Origin: Macrostomum lignano | Taxonomy: Eukaryota | Direction: 5' to 3' | Length of the DNA: 64,000 nt | Assembly: GCA_002269645.1 (NCBI GenBank) | Contig: NIVC01002574.1 | Coordinates: 1-64,000 of the forward strand | Shown: positions 1 through 9,000 of the stretch, in pieces | How the letters are laid out: every line of letters starts with the position of its first letter | How positions within the stretch are numbered: position 1 is the first letter of the stretch | Position numbers and translations under genes: made by a program | The notes under the pieces: model-generated | The model's input: only the letters and a program-made list of their open reading frames with translations | Told to the model about the DNA's origin: nothing | Database searches by the model: none

Positions 1-197
1 TTAAAATTTAATTCGGCATTTATATCACTTTTATCTTTCTATGAATATGCTCTATACCACTAAGAACAAAGAAATATGAAAAATTTTGACATTTTTTTCA
101 TCTTTATGATTTCATCTATAGTTAATTTAATATTTCGAAAACTAATTACTTAACTACTAAGTTAGCTAACTTAGTTTTCGTTCCATTTCAGGTGACA

Positions 198-3100
198 ATG
201 GCGGATGCAAAGGAATATATTACTAAACGGAAATCCCACAACTTTTCGAAGTAAGATATTGAGCAGTCTATTAAAATCAAAGAATTATCAAGTACTCAAA
301 TACCAATGAAAACTATTGCTGCATCATTCCAGTGCCTGATGACAGCGCTGATGTACCACAGGCCGACTGATCACCTCAGCTTCATTCAGGAATGCGTCGA
401 GAGGGTGAAACTGCATGGCGTGTCCAGCGTCCGCTGGGACCTCTTCCTGGAGGAGGGCGGCGGCGGTGCCAACAAGGCGGCGCCGCAGCTGCCCCGGTGA
501 CCCCGCCAGGCTCCAGCCGCGCCTCAAGCCGAGGTATGTTGGTGTCAACCTGCGACCGATGGGCCGCTGAGCGGTTGTGAGAGGAGGAAAAAAATCACAT
601 TTTAAAGGCTTATTTTCAACTATCAACAAGAAATGGCTTATTTTTTCATTTGAAGCTGTGAGCCGTGCTTCGTGTCCAAGGGTTGTTGTAAAAGTTTATC
701 GGCTTTACTATTTGAAACTGGCAAACTGCCAAACCACAGCTCCTCCAAATTTCTCTATCGATTTTTTGTAGTTATGGAACTAATTTCGTCTTGACGAATA
801 GTTCCCACGAGATAAACTGGAACAGATTATCAGAGAGATTAGGAGAGAGGGAGGGGATCAGGGAGATTAGGAGAGAGAGGATTAGGGAGATTAGGAGAGA
901 AGGGATCAGGGAGATTAGGGGAGGGGATCAGGGAGATTAGGAGAGAAGGGATCAGGGAGATTATCAGAGAGGGGATCAGGGAGAGGAGAGAGGAGAGACT
1001 AGGAGAGAGGATCAGAGGGATTAGGAAAAGGGTTTCGGGGAGATTAGGAAAGGGATTCGGAGATTAGGAGAGAGGGTATCAAGGGGATTAGAAGACGTAA
1101 TCAGGGAGATTAGAATTGCAAGAAGTTAAAATAGTTTAAAATAGTCGGAACGCGTGCTCACTAAGAAGGTTATGGCTAAGCGTTCAACTAAGCGTTCTGG
1201 AATCCCACTTATGGACGCAATGCACCCACTTACTGCCTAGATAATACCAGACACTTCATCCCATCGTTCTCCCCCTCTCCATCAGCGGGATCACGGGCGG
1301 ACTTCGTCGACAAGGCCAAGCAGCCGCTGCCACCAATCGGTGCCCCTGTTGAAGCCGCATCAGCCGTTGAGAAGGCGCTGCCTCCTCCTCCATCCACTGG
1401 CGACAGCGAAGCGCCCGTCGCGCCTCAGATTGAAGAGCAGCCGCAGGCAGCGGAGCAACCCAAGCCTCCCGCTGCTCCCATCGCCTGCCCGCTGGTTTTG
1501 CTGATCGGCGGTCCCGGAAGCGGACGTCGCCGCGTCTGTCGAGAGTTGGCACGGCGCTACGACTTCCAGGCTGTCTGCTTTGGCGACCTGCGCGCGCGGC
1601 GCCACTGCAAGGACAGCCTCACAAACTCAGCAGCTCTGGCGCTCCTGACTGACGCCCTCGGCAGGCTGCCCGTCGACTGCCAAGGCGTCTTCGTTGAGGG
1701 CTTCCCCTGGAATGAGGCGCAGCTGGGAGAACTGCTGCTGCAGGTGACTGACTGACTGACTGACTGACTGACTGACTGACTGACTGACTGACTGACTGAC
1801 TGACTGACTGACTGACTGACTGACTGACTGACTGACTGACTGACTGACTGACTGACTGACTGACTGACTGACTGACTGACTGACTGACTGACTGACTGAC
1901 TGACTGACTGACTGACTGACTGACTGACTGACTGACTGACTGACTGACTGACTGACTGACTGACTGACTGACTGACTGACTGACTGACTGACTGACTGAC
2001 TGACTGACTGACTGACTGACTGACTGACTGACTGACTGACTGACTGACTGACTGACTGACTGACTGACTGACTGACTGACTGACTGACTGACTGACTGAC
2101 TGACTGACTGACTGACTGACTGACTGACTGACTGACTGACTGACTGACTGACTGACTGACTGACTGACTGACTGACTGACTGACTGACTGACTGACTGAC
2201 TGACTGACTGACTGACTGACTGACTGACTGACTGACTGACTGACTGACTGACTGACTGACTGACTGACTGACTGACTGACTGACTGACTGACTGACTGAC
2301 TGACTGACTGACTGACTGACTGACTGACTGACTGACTGACTGACTGACTGACTGACTGACTGACTGACTGACTGACTGACTGACTGACTGACTGACTGAC
2401 TGACTGACTGACTGACTGACTGACTGACTGACTGACTGACTGACTGACTGACTGACTGACTGACTGACTGACTGACTGACTGACTGACTGACTGAAGTAT
2501 CGCTCACTTTCTTCCTGGGAACTCCGCCAGGTGCAGAGCATCAAGTGCGCCCTGCTGCTGGACTTTCACGAGGCGGCTCTGCGCAAGCGGCTGGAAGATC
2601 GGGCAGTGCCAGCGGACGAAGCCGCCGCCAGACTGGAGAAATTCCGATCGGCCACCCTGCCCGTGTGCCGCCACCTCGACGACGAGGGCAAGCTGCTGCT
2701 GCTGCCAGTCGATGGCGAGCCGGGAGACGGCGCGGCCGACGCCGGTGTCTCAGTTGTTGCTGGCGACGCGGTCGCTCTGCTTGAGCGGGTGCTCGGCGCG
2801 CCATCCAAGCCGGCAGCCGAGACGTCAGCACCGGCAGCGCCGCACCCGACGGGTCCGCAGCTGTACATCCGGACGCTGGACTTCGACGTGGAGTCGGCCA
2901 CGGAGTCTGTGGAGCGGGACACCGACCTGCCCGCCTGCCCCATCCTCCTGCTGCTCGGCGGTCCCGGCAGCGGCCGCTCCGCGCTTTGCCGCCGTCTGGC
3001 CGCCGCTTTCGATGGTTTCGTCCGCGTCGACGCCCGCGACGCCCTCGGCGGCGACAGCGACGCCGACAGCGACAATCGGCCAGACGGTCGGGTCGAAGCG

Positions 3101-3938
3101 GAGGCGCTGCGCCGCCTGCTGAGCTCGACGGCGCTGGCCGGTGCCCGCTGCGTCCTGCTGGAGGGCTACCCGACCTGCGAGGCCGACCTGCGCGATGCCT
3201 GCGCCAGGCTTGGCCGGCCCGACCTCGCTGTGCTGATCGACTGCAGCGAGACCGGCCTGCTGGCCCGGCTGGCGTCCCTGCCCGAGGAGGACGTGGCGGC
3301 CCGGCTGCGCTACTTTAAGGAGGAGACGCTGCCAGTCGTTCGCAGTCTTGACGCTGCGGGCCGACTCAGTGTGGTGAGACACCTGGGGGCTCAGTGTGGT
3401 GAGACACATGGTGGTTCAGTGTGGTGAGACACCTGGGGGGCTCAGTGTGTGAGACACCTGGGGCTCAGTGTGGTGAGACACCTAGGGAGCTCAGTGTGTG
3501 AGACACCTGGGAAGGGGCTCAGTGTGTGAGACACCTGGGGGCTCAGTGTTTTGAGACACATGGTGGTTCAGTGTGGTGAGACACCTGGGGGGGCTCAGTG
3601 TGGTGAGACACCTGGGGGCTCAGTGTGGTGAAACACATAGGTGAATCAGTGTGGTGAAACACATAGGTGAATCAGTGTGGTGAGACTACTTACAGTAGGA
3701 AATATATAGGTGTTATAAAAGGAAATGATTTCTTAGAAAACACAAGCTTCCAAGCTTTCTTAGAAACGAGGATTGTGTTGTAAATACCTATCCATTTAAC
3801 GAGCTAATTTCCAATAAAAAGCCAGTTTCCCGCCCTCTTCATCAAACCCAACTCAAGATCGACGGGGACAGAAGCGAAGAGGCGGTGTTGGCCGATCTAA
3901 AGGCGCTGATCGATTTTGTCATCTTTAATCGCCGCTAA
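198..3938 (+). CDS. AK5: AK5-like protein: RIIa/Dpy-30-type N-terminal dimerization domain plus two adenylate-kinase-fold domains; frameshifted in exon 1 as sequenced
   Basis: Exons about 198-250, 333-496 (or 533), 1251 (or 1241)-1743, 2531-3373 and 3858-3938, all GT-AG. The N-terminus MADAKEYITK/EIPQLFE-CLMTALMYHRPTDHL resembles the AK5 N-terminus as remembered. Two LLxGGPGSGR P-loop motifs and EGFP/EGYP motifs are present. A 1-nt deletion near 228-230 breaks the frame. Confidence 0.75.
825..1115. repeat. GA-rich degenerate tandem repeat (AGGGAGATTAGGAGAG-like) in AK intron 2
   Basis: Repeated GGGAGATTAGGAGA and GGGATCA words are visible in the sequence. Confidence 0.85.
1745..2495. repeat. 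Perfect (GACT)n microsatellite, about 750 bp, in AK intron 3
   Basis: Uninterrupted GACT run beginning inside the donor, CAG|GTGACTGACT. Confidence 0.99.
3364..3686. repeat. About 24-27 bp tandem repeat spanning the exon 4/intron 4 junction of the AK gene
   Basis: Unit CTCAGTGTGGTGAGACACCTGGGGG; the first copy contains the real donor. Confidence 0.95.
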
Positions 3939-4379
3939 AATTTCAAACGCTGCCGGTGTGCGCTGATTGCACTACTGACTGACTGTAAGTAGGCTGTAAA
4001 GCGAAGCTAAACTGATACCAAAGTTGGTTATCTGTGCTAATTAAAGCGTATGAGGCGAAGAATATTGAACAGCGAACGGCATCCATCCATGAGAAACTAA
4101 GTTTACTATCGTTGTGTCTACATGTATGTAGTCTCTATATATGTTTTCTTGTACAATTTTATATTAACAAATTTGGACAATATTCTTGCAAGCTGTGATT
4201 AGCAAGCTCTATACACTATATTTCTGATGTTATTTTCTTGCGCTGATTTTTATACCTGATTATGAAACAGATGTTTTAAGCCAGATTGCAAACTGCATAT
4301 GTTTTTAATTTCTATATTCTTTCCTGAGTCTTAATGTTCCAATAAAAAAGTACTTAATTGCCAAAATGCCCACTTGAGT

Positions 4380-4630
4380 CGAATTTTTCTAGAATTCCCC
4401 TTACACTATGGGGATTCTCTATAGAATTTCCCATTAGTACAAGCTGGAAATCGATAGCGGGGAATTCCCATAGAATTAGTGGAGAATTTCCATAGAATTC
4501 CCCTTTGACTAGGGGGATTTTCTATAGAATTTCCGATTAGTACAAGCTGGAAATCAGCAATAGGGAATTCCCATAGAATTTCCCTTAGACTATGGGGATT
4601 TTCTATAGAATTCCCTATTAGTAAGCTGAT
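4380..4630. repeat. Short degenerate tandem repeat rich in GAATTC and CTATAG palindromes
   Basis: About 2-3 copies of ...CTATAGAATTTCC...ATTAGTACAAGCTGGAAATC...GGGAATTCCCATAGAATT. Confidence 0.75.
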
Positions 4631-5039
4631 GAAAATCGACAGCAGACAGTTACTGTTGACAGCACATAGCTTTTATTACCTTAAGTATCTATATATTCAT
4701 TCATAATTTTCATTTTTCGATTTGAAAAGCTATGATTAAGAAGAAATGATTTATTCAAATAAATTAAAAAGTACTCCTGTATATCAAAACTATTTACTTG
4801 GATATTCTGTGGAAAATGACTCCAGTAAGCGTTGTTTTGTTTTACTGCTTCTATTGCCTTTAGTTGGTTTGCTATTCGTTAGGCATGTACACTTCACTGC
4901 GCCTTGTGGCTTGGCCTTCAGGGCCGTTAATTGCACGAGCCGCAGAGCCAAGCCGAGATTCCAATTTATCCCCAAAATCAATGCGACTGCATCTGCTTCC
5001 ATTTGCATTTGGGCATTTGGGACAGCTGACCCATCCTCA

Positions 5040-5750
5040 GACCATGCACAGACAATGCACAGACCATGCACAGACCATGCACAGACCATGCACAGACCAT
5101 GCACAGAACATGCACAGACCATGCACAGACAATGCACAGACCATGCACAGACCATGCACAGAACATGCACAGACCATGCACAGACAATGCACAGACCATG
5201 CACAGAACATGCACAGACCATGCACAGACCATGCACAGACAATGCACAGACCATGCACAGAACATGCACAGACCATGCACAGACAATGCACAGACCATGC
5301 ACAGAACATGCACAGACAATGCAGACCATGCACAGAACATGCACAGAACATGCACAGAACATGCACAGAACATGCACAGACCATGCACAGACCATGCACA
5401 GAACATGCACAGACCATGCACAGAACATGCACAGACCATGCACAGAACATGCACAGACCATGCACAGAACATGCACAGAACATGCACAGAACATGCACAG
5501 ACCATGCACAGACCATGCACAGAACATGCACAGACCATGCACAGAACATGCACAGACCATGCACAGAACATGCACAGACCATGCACAGACCATGCACAGA
5601 CCATGCACAGACCATGCACAGAACATGCACAGACCATGCACAGAACATGCACAGACCATGCACAGAACATGCACAGACCATGCACAGACCATGCACAGAA
5701 CATGCACAGACCATGCACAGAACATGCACAGACCATGCACAGTCCATGCA
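5040..5750. repeat. 11-bp minisatellite CATGCACAGA(C/A) upstream of the receptor gene
   Basis: About 65 units with ACC/AAC/ACA variants; the source of the six overlapping spurious ORFs. Confidence 0.98.
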
Positions 5751-6008
5751 AAATCTTGCATGACGAGACGCAAAGTCCACTCAGCTGGGCCCCAGTTTCG
5801 AACAGTCCCATTGGCTGCAGCACGGGCCTCACTCCCCCATAGCGGCGGAGCTGCCAATCCCAGCCAGCAAAGAGAGATTGCAGCTGTCGGCAAGACTTTA
5901 CCAACTACGCTGGCCCAATTTTTGTTGCCATTCATTTTGTCCTCAAGGCGCATCACCCACTGACAGCTGTCACTCCTCCTGTCCTTCCCTTGGCCAAGTC
6001 GCGCACTC

Positions 6009-9000
6009 ATGCCGCAGCCTCGGCCGCTGGTAGTTCTGGCGCTGCTCATCGCCTGGACCGCCTGCTCAGGGCTCTGGCCGGCGCTGGCCGTCTCCGACCG
6101 GGTGTCCAGCTTCCGCAACCAGCTGTCCAATAACTCGCTGGAACGCGAGCTCATCACCAAACTGGTGGACAAGTACACTCAGACCGGGCTGCTGGGCAGG
6201 CCTGTCAACACCACTGGCGACCTGTTGGAGATCAACTTCGGCCTGGCGATCATCCAGATCCTCGACCTGGACGAGAACAAGCAGCTGCTGCGCACGAACT
6301 GCTGGGTTCGCTACACCTGGCTGGACCGGCACCTCAAGTGGGAAGGCGAGCGGGGCTACGAGCGGTTCCAGAACATCACGCAGGTGCGTCTGGAGCCCGA
6401 CTCGGTGTGGAAGCCGGATATCCAGCTGTACAACTTCGCCGACACGCGGCCTGAGGAGAAGCGCACGGCTCGGGTTGTGGTGTACTGGTCTGGCGAGGTG
6501 CTGTGGCACCCGCAGAGCCTGTTCAAGAGCACCTGCGCCGTGGAGATTCAGTACTTCCCGTTTGATACGCAGCTGTGCGCCCTCGAGTTCGGCTCGTGGA
6601 CCTACGACATGACGCAGATCAACCTCACCTGGGTTGGTTACGAGGTCAGTACCAGGGATTTGTGAGCATTTTTCCAGAATTTTTCCTTGTTTGCTAGGGG
6701 CTGTAGCCTAGTGGTTAGAGAATCGGACTCACGACTTGAAGGTCGGGGTTCGATTCCCGATCCCACTGGAACAGTTTGTGTCCTTGAGCAAGACACTTTA
6801 AACTCTGCATTGCCTCAGTTCACCCAGCTGTAAAATGGGTGCCAGCATTAGCTGGGGTAATTGAGGGTATGTGGCGACCCCCCCCCCCCCCCGGTCCTTG
6901 GACTGAACAGCCGTAAGCAGCCTTCAGATGCACCGCGCAATAGCTGCGGCTGAGCTGTCGGTTGCATAAATAATTATTAATTGCTAGTACAGCGAGTGGC
7001 TAGCTGAGGGTTAATTTTAATGTAAAATTGATCTGAACAAAAGCGTTCTCTTACCAGCGCCGCTCGCAACATCAGGGTTAAATTAAAAAACCTCCAAGGG
7101 CCGTTTAGCATTCAGAGCACATGCGGTCTGCCAAAAGAAGTTTCATAGCGTATCTCATAGCCTATCTTATTCTTGGCCTATACTCTTCCCAAGCCTTGTT
7201 ATTTGCATATATGCAAGAGTGGCACCGTGGTGTGCTATACGAATATCCCATTATGTCCTTCGAATTCTCTTAGATAATTTCACTATAGTGACCTGCAAGG
7301 GAAGCCCTTTAGTGTTGGCACTCAGATATTGTCACTCATGGCGCTCACATATTGGCACTCCAAGGCACTCAGATATTGGCACCCCAGGAACTCAGATATT
7401 GGCACTCCAAGGCACTCAGATATTGGCACTCCAAGGCACTCAGATATTGGCACTTCTGGCACTCAGATATTGGCATTCAGATATTGGCACTCAGATATTG
7501 GCACTCCTTGGCACTCAGATATTTGCACTCCTGGGCACTCAGATATTGGCACTCCTGGGCACTCAGATATTGGCACTCCTGGCACTCAGATATTGGCACT
7601 CCTGGCACTCAGATATTGGCACTCCTGGGCACTCAGATATTGGCACTCCTGGCACTCAGATATTGGCACTCCTGGCACTCAGATATTGGCACTCCTGGGC
7701 ACTCAGATATTGGCACTCCTGGCACTCAGATATTGGCACTCCAAGGCACTCAGATATTGGCACTCAGATATTTGACCCACTTATTGGAAATCTTCGTGAA
7801 CTAACAGACAGCTTAAAGGATTTGAGTAGAAATGGGAAATTTCGCAGTCCGTTGCCCACTCTCATCCTGAGGCTTATAGCAGGGAGCTAATGCGATTTTC
7901 TCACTATGAACTTCATCTTGGCTATCCAGGAGATCTGGCTGGTGTGTTGTTAAACAATTCATGCAGTCAGTCCGTGCATTATTAAACAATATCTTTATTG
8001 GCTGCAGCTGGGACTGCCGCAGACATTGCAGACACCGCAGTGCCACCGCAGTGCCACCCAGCTGCTGCACTTCTAGATGGCTTGGAGTTTCTCACGACCG
8101 TCTTTCTCACCCTCTGTCTTCACTTCGCTATTAAATTTTATTCCTTCTTATCTGTTGGAATTCTCATTTGGGTCTCAGCAGCCGCTGTCCCGGTTCCCTA
8201 TTCCCCTGGGCCAGCTCAAAGCCGAGAATTCCGAGAACACTGGCTGCATGCTCAAGCGGAAGGTGATGAAATAAAATGCTAATAAGTTTTAGATGCAGGC
8301 CTCAGTCTGAGTCAATTAGTTGAACAAGACAAAAATGCGAGTGTGTCTAGGAGGCTGTCCGAGTGTGTCTAGGAGGCTGTCCGAGTGTGTCTAGGAGGCT
8401 GTCCGAGTGTGTCTAGGAGGCTGTCCGAGTGTGTCTATAGGTGGCTGTTCGAGTGTGTCTAGGAGGCTGTCCGAGTGTGTCTAGGAGGCTGTCCGAGTGT
8501 GTCTATAAGAGGCTGTCCGAGTGTGTCTATAAGAGGCTGTCCGAGTGTGTCTAGGAGGCTGTCCGAGTGTGTCTAGGAGGCTGTCCGAGTGTGTCTAGGA
8601 GGCTGTCCGAGTGTGTCTAGGAGGCTGTCCGAGTGTGTCTAGGAGGCTGTCCGAGTGTGTCTAGGAGGCTGTCCGAGTGTGTCTAGGAGGCTGTCCGAGT
8701 GTGTCTATAGGTGGCTGTTCGAGTGTGTCTAGGAGGCTGTCCGAGTGTGTCTAGGAGGCTGTCCGAGTGTGTCTATAAGAGGCTGTCCGAGTGTGTCTAT
8801 AAGAGGCTGTCCGAGTGTGTCTATAAGAGGCTGTCCGAGTGTGTCTAGGAGGCTGTCCGAGTGTGTCTAGGAGGCTGTCCGAGTGTGTCTAGGAGGCTGT
8901 CCGAGTGTGTCTAGGAGGCTGTTCGAGTGTGTCTAGGAGGCTGTCCGAGTGTGTCTAGGAGGCTGTCCGAGTGTGTCTAGGAGGCTGTCCGAGTGTGTCT

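Noticed and set aside
490-533. Apparent second frameshift in AK exon 2 (CCCCGG then TGA)
   Set aside because: It can be resolved without an indel by the donor CG|GTGACC at 497 joined to the phase-2 acceptor at 1250, so it is not proven.
1557-2544. Long minus-strand (SQSV)n ORFs
   Set aside because: They are translations of the (GACT)n intronic microsatellite.
4746-6178. Six overlapping ORFs with His/Cys/Met-rich repeats, superficially like a metal-binding protein
   Set aside because: An 11-bp unit without stops leaves all frames open on both strands; there is no unique coding context.
6697-6770. tRNA gene
   Set aside because: It has A and B boxes but continues into a CORE-like body with a tail and TSD, so it is a SINE head.
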